From: Takakia lepidozioides
Taxonomy: Eukaryota; Plantae; Bryophyta
Direction: 5' to 3'
Length of the DNA: 64,000 bases
NCBI GenBank assembly: GCA_030704615.1
Contig: CM060732.1
Location: 22,134,001 to 22,198,000, forward strand
The notes under the pieces: generated by a model
The model's input: the letters and a program-made list of their open reading frames with translations, nothing else
Database searches by the model: none
Told to the model about the DNA's origin: nothing
Position numbers and translations under genes: made by a program
Shown here: positions 26,549 through 39,537 of the stretch, piece after piece
How positions within the stretch are numbered: position 1 is the first letter of the stretch
Layout of the letters: every line of letters begins with the position of its first letter

Positions 26549-29500
26549 ATGCCTTCGACTTATTGGAGGAACTGTCAGAGGCCAGAAAGACCCCAGGATT
26601 GGGTCCTCCTCTCTCTAGCGATTCTCGCTGTGATTCCCTTCCTATTCGCAAATGCGGTCATTTTCATATATAGGAAGCGGAAGTATTTTCGGGCGGAAGG
26701 TGTGGATCTCATTCTTGGGAGTTCAACTGCGGGCCTTGTATGGATAGCTTCATCGTTCGTTGTAAACCAGCATTTCAAAAGAGAGAGACACAGCCTCCTC
26801 AGCATCTGTTCGCTATGGACATTTTGGCTTCAGATGTCACTCGGTTTCTGCTTATGGCTGTCCTGCCTGGCTGTGAGATTACATCGTTTGTATATTCTTG
26901 GCGCCACTGATGAACCTCCGAGTACTGTGCGGGGATGGATCTTCATCCCTCTCCTGTTGGTCCCCTCATTTGTCTTTTCCCTGGTTGCAACCGTTTACCG
27001 CGTCAGTCACTACGTGGAGTAAGTTCCCACCCCCAGACTCTCTCTCTCTCTCACTTCTCACTAACGCACATACCCGCATATATAAATGGGCAATTCTGGA
27101 TCCTCTTCCTGCTTGTGTGGGAGCTCCGTACTACTCAAAGGCAAGAGTTTCCCCCATTGTTTGACAATGTGACAATCACTCCTATTTGTAACTCCCACAC
27201 AGTTGTGGGGCTTGTCAGACAATTATCACTGATTAGTCTTGATAAAATCCTAATATGACTTCAGAAGATACCTCATGCACAATTCTTTCGTCAAAACGGT
27301 TTCGGTGACGACCTTCAATCTGTGGTCATCAGTGGGGGAATAGTGACCTGTTCACCACACAACAGTCTTGAAGGAAAAATTGATCAATCTGTGCTATCTG
27401 ATCAAAGGGTCAATCTGGAAACTTAGATACAGTTCTGTTGGAATAGTGGCTAAAACAGGCTCATAAGGAGACAATCAATAAGAGAATCAACATGAGGAAT
27501 AAACATGAAGCTTCTTGCATAGAATGATGAGCAGAAAGATCTTGACATGATAGACTTAACAGCTTATGCTCCTGCAGAAGCACTGAGGTGCATTCAACTA
27601 ACCAGCCCTCTAAGGCAGCGGTGGAATCGTTAGTGGTTCCAAGGGAAGACTCCTTTCAGGGGTCAACAGCTTCCGGGATACAGCCTCTCCCTACCAGGGC
27701 CTTTCTCTCTCTCCCTCATTCCGCCCAAACTGGGTGTGGGGTCTATGGCCGGCAAAGGTCTTATGAGTACAGTCTCTCTCTCTACTTCCCCCTCCCTTGC
27801 ATATCATAGCATATTTGCAGGGAATGGCCAATGAGCTCTCTCTCTCTACAGAACCTGAACATTGTAAATTTTAGTTCTTTCATTACCCAACCATTTTTGT
27901 GTCGACTTCTTGTCTTCTTGCTGTGCTTTCTGTATGTATATATGTGCAATTTTGCACATGCCAAGCCAGATTCCTGTGAGGGTAGGATCATCTGCGTTTT
28001 CCTGAGATGCTGTCTTGTATGTGCAGGAAAGACGATATCTTCAAGTGTGAAGTGCACAAGAAGAATTGGAAAGTTGCGTGTTACCTGCTCATACCACCCC
28101 TGTACTTCTCTGCTATCCTCATCCTAGGTCTCCGTTTGCGAGGGCAACGGGATCTGTTGCTGGGCAATGAGTACCGTCACACAAGCGAGTATGCATCTAT
28201 GGCATTTGTCATCTATCTGTTGACTGGAGCTATTTACTGGTCGGCAAGGGAGGACAATGTCTATGGACGCTGCTTTCTAACATTTTGTGTGTGTAGTCTC
28301 GTCTTTTTCCACTTTTGGGTCCGCATGGGGTGGCCTGTGTATCTATGCCTTTTTAAGCCCAAATCGCAAATGGATAGATATGAAGAGTGCTTACGGAGGA
28401 AGGGGGCAAATTGTTTGGATAAATTACAAAAAATTGCTTCATTACGTAGTCATGGCTCTCCTGGTCCAGCAACATCATATCACTTTTCCGTAGAAGATGG
28501 ATTTCAAGGCATCAGCGAGGCAATTTCAACTGCAGAAGCTGACATAGCACATTACAAGGTGAAGGTCTTTTTAATGTCTTGGTCTGTCTTTGAAGGTGTC
28601 TAGAATATGAAAGTGAGATTCAGCATGTATGTGGAGTGCATGCAAGGTGTTCATTTGCTGCAATATGTAAGAGAGATTCCAGTTGGTTTTCTTTCTCTTG
28701 GTGTTTATTAGCAGCATAGCGTCATGCAGGTATAATCACTTGCAGCTTGATGTTCTGGTAGATCACATACAGGACTTTCGGGTCCTCCCTGCAACCGGGA
28801 TTATCTGCCCACATCAGGCGATTCTTCTCCATGTAAATAACCCAAACAGGGCCAGGGCTTTAGGCTCAGCCTCGAGATCTTCAAAGTTAGCGAACAGAGG
28901 TGCAGAAACAATGTTCTTGATGTTCCTGAAGAGGTTCCCTCTCTGGTGAGAATACCCGGGACATGGTGTCAGAAAATAGATATTGTCTTCAGGCTGCCCG
29001 CACATCGGGCAATTACAGTCTCCTTTTTACTCTCTGCATCTGTTTTGTTCAAAGGTAGCCTGCTCCCTGACCCGAGGGTAGGTAGCCCCTTCAGATCATC
29101 CTTCAGGTCTTCGTTCATAGAGAGAGAAATAAAGAGAGAAATTTATCATGTCCACAAGAGGGCCGAATGGGCCAATAGAACAACAAAGAGAAAGAGAGAG
29201 TGAGAGAGGGAGGGAGATATTTGGCTGACATCCTCTGTTTTGTTATTTTGGGGGGAGCACAGACGCAGGTACAGCATTTGGAGCAGCAGAAAGAAAGCAT
29301 TACAGGCAGGATTAAACATCTGAAGGACCAGCTTCTCTGCCCCTCCCATTCCTCTCCAAACAGGCTTTCAAACACCGTAAGTTTTTCTCTTTTGAAAAAG
29401 CACTTACTTCCTTTATAGGGAGATGGTTCACAGTGGTTTTTTAGAGTTGTAACTAGCCTCTAACATCACTAAACAGCATTGGGCGACCATTAGAGCTGCA

Positions 29501-29891
29501 GTCAAGGATGCTACTCAGAGTTGTCTACTCTGTGAACACATGACTGGTCTAATAGTTGTCCAACATGAGGTCCATGAAGTCAACTATTGCACATTCCTCG
29601 ACTTGGCACCTCTGAGAGGAACATAGGAGCAACTTGGGTTGAATGACGAGTACCCCATTGGCAGCATTATGTTGAAAATAATGTGCAATGGCTCATGTGG
29701 TGCTCATCACATTTAGTTTCTCGAGTGGATTTGTCCAATCAAGTAACAGAAGGTTGATGCTCAAATACGGTATTGAATTTTGTTGAGGGCACATGCGCAT
29801 ACCTTCTTGTTCTGGTGTGCAGGGTGAAGAAATGGGTGTTGAAATGCACAGATCTACCAATCAGTTCATAGCAGAGATCAAGTGCTCATGA
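26549..29891 (+). CDS. Seven-transmembrane protein homologous to the 7TM region of plant RGS1, lacking the RGS box, with a coiled-coil C-tail (~394 aa)
   Basis: Exons 26549-27018, 28027-28558, 29263-29376, 29823-29891 total 1185 nt, GT-AG, in phase. Seven hydrophobic segments; colinear matches to remembered AtRGS1 motifs. The last two exons are less certain. Confidence 0.8.
28720..29110 (-). mobile_element. Truncated LINE 3'-end remnant in intron 2 of the 7TM gene
   Basis: Minus-strand DCNCPMCGQPEDNIYFLTPCP...ALFGL resembles the C-terminal Cys-rich finger of LINE ORF2; boundaries approximate. Confidence 0.4.
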
Positions 29892-30484
29892 GACCAGTCT
29901 GCGGTTGTAAAGCCTGAACAGATTACTTTGGGCCGCAACACAAGAAAGGTTGCCACCCACATTTTAGTTAAGTAGAGACATCAGTTGAATAGTTAGAAAT
30001 GCCAGTGAAAATCTTCCACAAGGATACGTGCAAGCCCATCATGAAGCCAGGGCCTTGTAATTTAGGAGGTGCGTCATGAACATTCATCATATTTGCTTAT
30101 AATTCATGACGAGCACTTTTTTGCAGTAACCAAGTGTACCTTGTGGGTCACAATCCCAAGAGGGTTGCGTTTTCTTTCTTATGGTACTGTCATTCATTCA
30201 TTATGGCTATCCCTTAATGCAACCTTCCTTAGTACAACATAATCAGTAGCATCACTGATCTTATTTGGTTGTCAAAACCATTGTCATATTGGAAAATTTG
30301 TCTTTTGACTTTTACATCATGCCCAGCTTGCAAAAACACTTGAGAGGGTGTCTCTCTTCAGGTTCAGGTTTTTTCCTTTTCTGGCCCAACATGCTCATCT
30401 TTTTTAGCTTCAATTCTCTCCAGATCTGTGTTCTAGGCAATGTTCAAAGAGGAAGGATAACCTGCCTAGTGATGAAGGCTCTCG

Positions 30485-30828
30485 TTTTCTCCCAATCTTG
30501 CTTTCTTTCGTGCTTAAGATCCTTTTCTCCCAATCTTGGTTTCTTTCATGCTTCAGGTCCTGTTCTCCCAATCTTGGTTGCTTTCATGCTTAAGATCCTT
30601 TTCTCCCAATCTTGGTTTCTTTCATGCTTCAGATCCTTTTCTCCCAATCTTGGTTTCTTTCATGCTTCAGATCCTTTTCTCCCAATCTTGGTTTCTTTCA
30701 TGCTTCAGATCCTTTTCTCCAATCTTGGTTTCTTTCATGCTTAAGATCCTTTTCTCCCAGTCTTGGTTTCTTTCATGCTTCAGATCCTTTTCTCCCAATC
30801 TTGGTTTCTTTTATGCTTCAGATCCTTT
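30485..30828. repeat. Minisatellite, 9 copies of a 38-bp unit
   Basis: Unit TTTTCTCCCAATCTTGGTTTCTTTCATGCTTCAGATCC; core motif at 30489, 30527, 30565, 30603, 30641, 30679, 30717, 30754, 30792 (one unit is 37 bp). Confidence 0.97.
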
Positions 30829-31199
30829 GAGCCCCTGTGAACTGAAAGTGTATGAAAGAGAGGCTGCAGCACCCACCTCATTCCACATTGAGAAGAAGTG
30901 GCTGTCCAAATTGAAATCAAGCCCTGCTTGCTACCATGCTTCAAAGGACAATTGAGAGCAACATGCAACAGGATGTTCCATGACAAACCCAAGCATTGCA
31001 GAGACGCAGAGCACTTGCCCAGCAACTAAAGGGTATATCATGACAAATCTTGCGCCCTTTATTAAACCACAGAGCACTGCACAACTCTTGGTTTTGTTAA
31101 ATAAGGGCGCCCACACAGAGCCTCCGATTTTGTATACCAGATCAGCAAGAAACTCTAATTCGAAACACTTGTTATCATCACAGCGTTAGGGCCATCTGG

Positions 31200-32900
31200 G
31201 AAGCCAAGAGTGGCACACTCACCCCAAGAGCTCGAGTCTTTCAGTGTCCACACTTTGCAAGGGCATGACTGTGAGGAAATGGTAGAAGACACCCTTCGAG
31301 ACCCGAGCAAAAACACTCACAAAATGCCTGACGCAACCAACACCCTCAGCAGGCATCACCTTCCAAGAAAGGTGAATCCAGATCCCACATTGAGAGAGGT
31401 ATGGTTGAGAACAGACACTGACTTGAAGCGTCATACTTGTCATCCTTGGGTTTCTCACTGCGGACCCTTTAGCCCGGAAGGAAGTCATTCGAGAGAGACA
31501 ACACACCAATGTGCAACAAGTGATACGAGAGCTTCTTTGATAAATGTAGATTGAAATATGCTCAGCCTGGGAAGAGGGGGTGAAGGCGGATGCTATGCTA
31601 CGACTCACGGCAGGTTGACAGACATGCATCCGGAGTGAAGAGGACTGAATCAAAGAACAGACAACAACGATTCATATCCTTTCTCTTATTATATCCTTCC
31701 TTCTCATAAGAGAGAAGCCTCAGCTGAACAAAGAGTGGCATACCCTCAGCGGGTGACTCCATCAAAGTGAGTCTTCTGCTGAGAAGTAGGAACAAATGTG
31801 GTCACAATACATGCAAACCCATAGATGCCGCCAGAGGAATTTCAGAGTAACAAACACTACATGACTGGTTGATAGGTCTCCAACAGAGCTTCAGCGACCA
31901 TGATCTGTGCGAACTTCTCTACTACCGATACACACAGCCTCACATGCCCGGACAGTACTGACACGAAGAGTCAAACACATGGCAAAATGTAACCCAAGCT
32001 GCACCAAACGAGAGTCACCCAGAGATACTAAAATGCTGGATAGCAGAAGCAACACCAACTTCACCCACCTCGAGACTTCAATGCAGATGACGGAAGCCAT
32101 GGACAGCGTGAAAGACTGTAAAGTAGATGCGGGGGAAGGGCCAACCTCTAGAAAAGCCCTCGGAGTTACACGCACTACTTACGTCATCGGAGTGTCATGC
32201 AAGCGCAGAATCCGGGTAGGGAATGCATACATTGAAAGATTTCAAAGACATGCAATGTCCCGGGGTTTTGTTAGTGGATTGAACTGTAGGGACCTTTCTA
32301 GAAGTTGGTGGGGGAGTAAGACAGCAGTGGCGGCGCAAAGCAAACCCTAGAATATAGTAAGACTCGTCACGCTGCACGGTTGGCTTTTTCTTACATGCAA
32401 GAGGTTCCAGGTGAGCAGCTCGCAAATGGCAAACACGGAAATGCAGCAAAGGTGTTTCCTGATGTTGAATGCCTTGAATATCGGCGGGGGCCCATGTGCT
32501 GGTGTGGGATGATGGCAACGCAGAGAAACATTGAGGTGGGTGAGGTGGGGCTAAAATGCAATGAGGAAATGAGCACTGGGGATTGCGTGTGGAGAAGGAA
32601 GTCGCTCACCACGAATGGTGAGAAGCTGGTCTGAACCGACAATAAAGACCTTTGGTGGTTGGATTACTGGAGGAACGGGGGAGAGGGAGACCCCAGCTGA
32701 AAACATCGAGTTTCCTTGGCATTATCGATCACCACCGGTTGGAAGGTCAGAGATGAAAGTTGGAGTAGCGGGTGAACACAGCCGACGTGGAGAAACCCAA
32801 GTTGAACTTTGAGTGCATGACACAAGATTAGTCTTGTTTCCTCATCCAGATATTCCATACTTTCGTCATTCCTCTCTCACCTAACTGTGTTAATACCGAA
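31200..32900 (-). mobile_element. Possible heavily degraded LINE 3' region
   Basis: Stop-interrupted minus-strand peptide ...LSFGAAWVTFCHVFDSSCQYCPG (~32020-31940) resembles zf-RVT; no long ORF; boundaries are guesses. Confidence 0.3.
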
Positions 32901-33979
32901 GTAAAGTCACGCAGGGGGGAGAGCCCCTTGGAAAGAGTTTAGAAGTAAATGCTACATTGATGTGTTACAGGCTTGTTCAGACCTCAGACACAATTGAATC
33001 TTTGAGGGATACAATATTGTACTGTTGTGTACAGATACAACATACAGTGTATATTTCCAGCCGGGCAGTCCTTTTGAGTGCTGCATTCTCACATCTGTAT
33101 AGAGATTTGGACCGCTTGCTTTAGAGCGTTGAAAATTTCAGCGCTCTCCTCTTTGCTCAGGAGTGAGACCTCCTGTACCACAATTTGCACAACCCACGAG
33201 CCCAAAACCTTGACAATCATAGCATCTGCCAAAGAATTTCCCAGACAAACAACCTTAGAGCACGTTTATCAGCATCAAAAGCTCAATGAAATATGAATAG
33301 ACTGGCAACCCACCCCTGCGTCGTTTCTATTAGGCTCTCTCCGTTCCTCACCTCGCTCCCATTTTCCTATCTAATCCCTTTACAACTGAAGCTACAGTGA
33401 GAAAAGTCTAATGATTGTTGTCAGTAGGAACTTTTATTTCATTTCTCACAGCTTGTTGCTCTGGCTATCGGTCACTATGCCGAGATGACAATTAAAGTAT
33501 CAGGCCCCTCTAAAGGAATCCCACTTCATAATAATGCAAGAGAGCAGTTTGCACAAAAACCTTGATAAAGGACTCGTCCCCCTGAAGTTTATAGTTGCCC
33601 TTAAAATTTGGAAGATCCTTAAGTAGTGACGATTGGATACCACAAGCTACAAACTGAAAGGATTCCAGGTTATTGAAAACAGGAATTGGCCACATTTCAT
33701 GGTGCAACCTCAGCATTTGACATTTTCTGGTTTAGGCACCACATGCCTGTGACTAGTGCTGTCTTCGTTAAACCCTTTCATAAGTCACAAACTACGTGGC
33801 TTAACGGTGATCTCCCACACTGATGACACAGCAATGTCTCTTTCCAAGAGTCCAAATGCTGAACCAAATACAGCAGGAAATTGAAAGCAAAAAGAACAAA
33901 ACAACTTTGCTTCAAGTGTTCTGGCTTTTGGTTTTCTAGGTTACTCCTATCTGAGGCACAAAGGCCCACAGAGACTTAC

Positions 33980-35196
33980 TTCCAACGTTCGAATATATTT
34001 CCATTCTTCTTATTCTTCCCTGTGCCCTGTGGATCAGAATCCCAAACCCACTGTCATGTCGAAGATTTCCTATCCTTAGAAGGTTTGACTTGAAGAAGTT
34101 CAACATAGCCTGTCAAAAACCTTCAGTGCTGTCAGATTTATAGCAACTAGAACACATATGAGCATCATTGAATTTGAATCTCTCTCCTTTATCTCATTTC
34201 ATGTGTAGACTAGTCTGAGGATAGGGGAAGGGGGACACGCAGAGAAAGAAAGGAACTTTATCATCATCACACAGAGAGATCCAGTGTTGCAGCATATTGC
34301 AAATCTTTGAAAGGAAAAGGTGGCACACACCCAACTCTCTCCCTCACATGTGAACCTACCTGGCAGCCCTTACATTCAATGGCGCCCTTTCCCTTGCACT
34401 TGAAGCAGCCTTTTCCACTCTGTCATCAAACCACAGACAACATCAATGCTCTGGGGTCTTACTACAGAATGTGACCCATGCCATTTCTCTCTCTTCTTCT
34501 CCGGATAAGCCCCCTTCCAAGATCCAAAAGAAAACTCTGAAAAGAATATGTGATTAGCACATATCACTGCTAATTCCATCCCGCCCTGGAAAAATCTCAA
34601 AGGAGAGATGCTTCCAGATGATCATTTCAAGTTTGGCATCCGTGCAAGTAAATGTCAAGCTAGATAAATTCCAGATTCCAAAGCGCATGTTTGTCTGCTC
34701 AAGCGCAAAGCAGAGAGCCATTCCTGATCTCTGCATCTCATAAAAGTGTCTTTGCACCAGAGATTCCCAATTCCATGGTACAACCTTCACAATTGACAAA
34801 TGCTGTTACTGTTCATATGACGAGACAAAGCTATAAATTCATGCTGCCGATGGAAATTCAAACATTCAATATGCACTCAGGACTGTGAGATTTACATCTG
34901 TATAAGGTGCTTGTGAAATATGGAGACAAATCACAATGAGAAAGAATCAATCTTCTGGTAGGGACTAGAAATAGCGCTGGAGCCAGCAAACGAGAATAAG
35001 AACGAAGGCGAAGGCAGAATCATCTTACCGCTGTTGGTTTGTTTCCTCCAAAGAGCGCCGTCACAGTGACAAAAGGTCGACGCGCTCCATTAAGCACCAA
35101 CGGGCTACCTCTGTTCGGCGTTCTCAAGCGGCCATAGCCATCCGCGCCAGACGATGTATAACAGGGAAGTGGCCTGGTAATGCAGACTGTCTGCAT
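33980..35196 (-). other. Partial tandem duplicate of CCB1 exons 1-2 (transit-peptide region); pseudogene or small-protein gene
   Basis: Exon 35196-35029 (56 codons, MQTVCI...YGRLRTPNRG...VTALFGGNKPTA, donor GTAAG) and exon 34026-33980 (47 nt, GTGKNKKNGNIFERW, donor GTAAG) parallel CCB1 exons 39537-39376 and 39001-38955. No copy of the CCB1 core follows. Confidence 0.85.
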
Positions 35197-36353
35197 CGTC
35201 CCCAGTCTCCGGAAATCCCCTTTCTCTACACTATCTCACCCAAATTATCAATCTCTCTTTCTCTTTCTCTATCTCCAGCGCGACAACCAGCTCTATCTTT
35301 CAAGTTGCCTCTTTCGTACAGACAAACAAATCACAATCTCTCTCTCCCTCTTGAAACAGCTCCAACTTTCTGTCTCTTCAAGTTCTTACCACAAACACTG
35401 TCAAGTCTTACAAGCCTAGTTCAAATTCTGTCTTCTCTCCCTGGCTAACCCACCAACCCACCTTCTCAAGCTCCCCGTCTCAGAAACACACAGTCAAGGT
35501 CTCACACTCCTGCCAGCTCTGGCCTATCTTCCGCCGTTCCAGAATTCCATTGAAATTTGGACTTAAGGTGGCCATTTTGGTCCACATCATAGGTATGGAT
35601 TTGACGTGGCAATCCTCTCTAAAATCTTGTTAGCTAAAACTTCTCTTTTCTTCTAATGTCGCATTCACAGCGAACTATGGTAGGGCAACTTCACATCAGC
35701 GATACTGGATTGTGTGGTCCACCCACTTGGGTACCCTTCAAGTTGGCGCAGAGCAAAATGCGGATATTAGAAAGTGCCCACACAGGATTCCATTCTCTTA
35801 AATTGTCCTTCGTTGATGTCATGAAGCTTCAATCTACAATCTCGTGAACATATCTGGTCTCAAGACCTCGACTCTGGACGAACAGCATAATGCAGACGAT
35901 AGCCTCAGCAGAAATCTACAGAGGTTCGCCCACACACTGTTCGGATCATAGTAAACGAAGAGTGGATATGGTTACAACGTTTATGCATGTGGTTTGAATC
36001 AAGATGTAATGCTTCAGTGTGATGGATTGCACGCATGATTTAGTTTAGATCAAGATCACATTACAATCATGTTGAATGTTTCTAGAGTGTCTAGTCTTAA
36101 CAACTGTGACCAGTTGACTGCTATTGCTACCTACCAAAACTTCATTTCCTTCAGGTTTAGTAGCAGGAATCTGATCTTCTACTTCTGTTCAGTGTTTACA
36201 CAATGCAAAGTGAGGATATGCAGTCATCGCTGTAATGTGAAATAGATCATTGCAACACCCATCTTTGCTCCTAATCGAACATAAGAAACATGTATTTACT
36301 TTTACTGGTGTGGTTAGTGGTGGTGTGAAGCAATGATGCTAAGAAACGGGAGA

Positions 36354-39300
36354 TCATTGCTCAAAGAGACCTTTCACATAGACCATGCCTTTCTCCATAA
36401 GCCCAAGTTCTCTACGCAATCGGTCAATTTGTTCATCGTCACCTTGCACAATAACATCAGTAGAGGCTTCATCATCTGCCACAACAAGCTTCACCTGGAT
36501 CTGCTCCTTTCGTGATGCCCTTGTCCAATAGTACACGCCTCTGTAGTCCAACATGCTACTTTCAGTTACAACCCACCTGGGCACTTCTACCTAAATGGCT
36601 TTCTTTCAATGCATTACAGGCCCTGGCCCATGTGAGAGGGAGAAAAGACAGTAACTAATGTTAAATGTCCATATGACCCCCAAAGAGCTTCTGGGACAAG
36701 AATATGTAACAACCACTCCTGTCTGTCTTGCAAAAAATGTGACACACAGACACTGCCAGTTACCTGTTGTGTTAAAAGGGAAGGGAAAGAAGACGAAGAA
36801 ACACATTACATATGTAGGCCCAGACAGCCTATGGGACAAGTAGAGAAGGAGAGAGAGGTCACGTACGCGAGGGGGCTGAGGACTGTCAGCAAGTACCACT
36901 TGTCACCAATGTCTGGCACAGCAATGGAGAGCACAAGACCCGCACTGCCTAGGCTCACCAATGTGCAGAAGGTCAAAAAGGCTGCCTGCCCTCGGCTTGG
37001 TGTCATAGCTCCCTCAAACCTGCACTCAAAAAGGACCACCTTGAAAGTTTGTTCAAACCTTTCGTGCCTTCCTTGCCCTACATTGTTTGCAACTGACTAT
37101 TAAGGCCGTTGCAGTGTAGACCAGCAAGTCTTGCATGGTTAGACCTTCCTATCTACTGCAAATCAAAGAGTATTCCATAACCTAGATCAGCAAACAATCA
37201 AACAACACGTCTCCATATAATTGAGTCACAAGTGTGAGATAATTCTAAACCACCTCCATCACACACACAGTCCACTCATCACACACACACATCACGTGAA
37301 GCTTGATATGTGTATGTCAGTATACTTTTGTCACTTCAAAGCACCCTCCTCCCTATGAAGTATACGTACGTAACAGTATCACCTCTGCTCGCCACTATGA
37401 AATTGCTGCGCGTGAAGAATGAAGTAATCTCTCCAGCTATTCGCTTTGCAGGTTTTCCTTGTTCACTTGTTGTGCCTGGCATGATGAATGTCTTCTTCAC
37501 AATCTGCAAACAAAAGTTTACACATCAGTTACCAAAACAGGTTACCACTCATCTATTGATGATACATTTATACATTCGTCCTGGAATACTAATGTTTTCT
37601 TTCTCCACTGACCACTAAATATCACATTCCTGTTTGAGACCAGCTGCAGTAGACCTCAAACTGCCAAATGGGATGTCCTTGGCTGTGTAAACGCGATGTG
37701 AAATTCATATATTTCACCAATGTGGGGATATGTCCCATATGGTCAAGGCGTGCAATCCTTCAACATCTATACTTTTCAATTTCCATTCTCTAAATCAACT
37801 ACATTTCCTTTTTTGGAGAATATTTAACTGCAAGTATCAGTACACTAGTAGCAATTATCTGACAACAGGGAGAAGAGGTACCTTAGACTTGGTAGAACGC
37901 TTGACAAGGGACCATACACCAGGCAAGGAAATCAAAAAGAGGCCCAGGGAAGTGTAGTAACTGGCTTGTGAATATCCGGCACTCTCCGCAATAGCTGGAT
38001 AAATCAGAGGAGCAACACTGTACAGCACTAAAGGCACCCCACCTGACCCTTTCTCTTCTTCTGCCTGAAAATGCATATTTTTAGACATCAGATTGGATTT
38101 TACACATGCCATTCACCAACCTGCAGCTGACACTCTACTGCCATTGGAATGTGAGAAATATTCACAAACCCTCCTGGCGACCTCCTGTACAAAAAAGTGG
38201 TTGCTTTCATCTAGAGCACTTCAACATAAGCTTTCAGTCCCATAACTCAGACCTTGACGCAAATCCCCATGACAAACAATCTTAAAAGACAGCTAGGCAT
38301 TTCTGTCCCTCATTTCTCTTGCCAACTTTTGCTATGTGCAAATTTCTCTACAACAAAGTATGTAAAGTGCAAAGTCGAATCAGTATTATCGCGAAACACA
38401 GGAGAACTCTTTCAATCTATTTGCAAGAGATTGTTCCTCTGGATGTTGGGTTGCGCGCCAAAAGAATCACTGCCCTTTGATACGATTTGATAGTTTTGAT
38501 ACCCCTACGATGCCTGGGAATAGGCAAGAATTCTGCTCATACTGGAAGACCTTTACGAAGATCCGTGACCCTTCCTGGTTAAGTTCCCCTGTTTTGCTTG
38601 TCTCTAAACATGGCTTGCCCTGAGGGTTACATAAAGATCCATTTTCCCGAGTTTTGTCAGGAACAGGAATCAGCTGACTTTGACATTGTGACTTTTATCT
38701 TTGATATTGCATACTGTAGGGTCTGAAACCAGTTACTAGTACTACATTCATTCTCAGTATACCCTTGTGAATGTACATGCTTGAATCTGGAACTCCTATG
38801 GAAGTCTATACATTCAGATAGTTGTATATAGTAATCCCTCGTTGTGCTCACAGAGCCATTTTCTCTTGCAAAGAAGGAGGGAGCTACTGCAACAGTCGAG
38901 ATTTAACTAAGGACAGCAGATTAGTGTTTCCAAGCAAGGCCCAAAGAGACTTACTTCCAGCTTTCAAATACACTACCATTCTTCTTATTCTTCCCTGTTG
39001 CCTGTGGATTAGCATCCCAACCACACTGTCCTGTCAGAGATTGGGCATATAAGGTTTGAGTTGGGAAGTGATTTTGGCTAATCTTCAATTTTTTCGGATT
39101 TATCGCTACAACACTACCAGCAAGCATTGTGGAATGTGAATATCTTCCAGCTCTTCCCTCATTTCCTTTGCACAGTTTAACTGAGCACACGGGGGGGGGG
39201 AGGAGCGCGCAGAGAGAGTTGCAGAATATTCATATCTTGCCTGGCTACATGCTTCACAATGCACAAATTCAGTTCCCAATCCTTCAAAACTCCAGCTACA

Positions 39301-39537
39301 ATAATCCATTGCGCGAATTAGCGATGGCGGAGAATCTCACACTATGTGAGAACAAGAAGGCAAGAATTGTCGTACCGCTTTTGATTTGTTTCCTCCAAAG
39401 TGTGCCGTCACAGCGACTAAAGGCCGATGCACTACCAACTGCCTGCCTCTGCTTGGCATTCTCAGGCGGCCATAGCTATTCACTCGAAAAGGTACAGGAC
39501 ATGAAAGTGGCGCGGCAATACAGATTGTCTCCATCAT
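36354..39537 (-). CDS. CCB1: Cofactor assembly of complex C subunit B CCB1, chloroplastic (cytochrome b6 heme ci maturation)
   Basis: Seven exons; GYSQASYYTSLGLFLISLPGVWSLVKRSTKSK-IVKKTF, AGEITSFF, FEGAMTPSRGQAAFLTFCT, YYWTRASRKEQI, VQGDDEQIDRLRRELGLMEKGMVYVKGLFE. Confidence 0.95.

Noticed and set aside
30265-30955. Hydrophobic repetitive ORFs, or a CRISPR-like array
   Set aside because: They result from a stop-poor 38-bp head-to-tail minisatellite with no unique spacers in a eukaryotic context.
35180-35419. Plus-strand ORF starting MQTVCI, like the minus-strand CCB1 duplicate
   Set aside because: Caused by the dyad ATGCAGAC-T-GTCTGCAT; only the minus strand has homology and splice sites.
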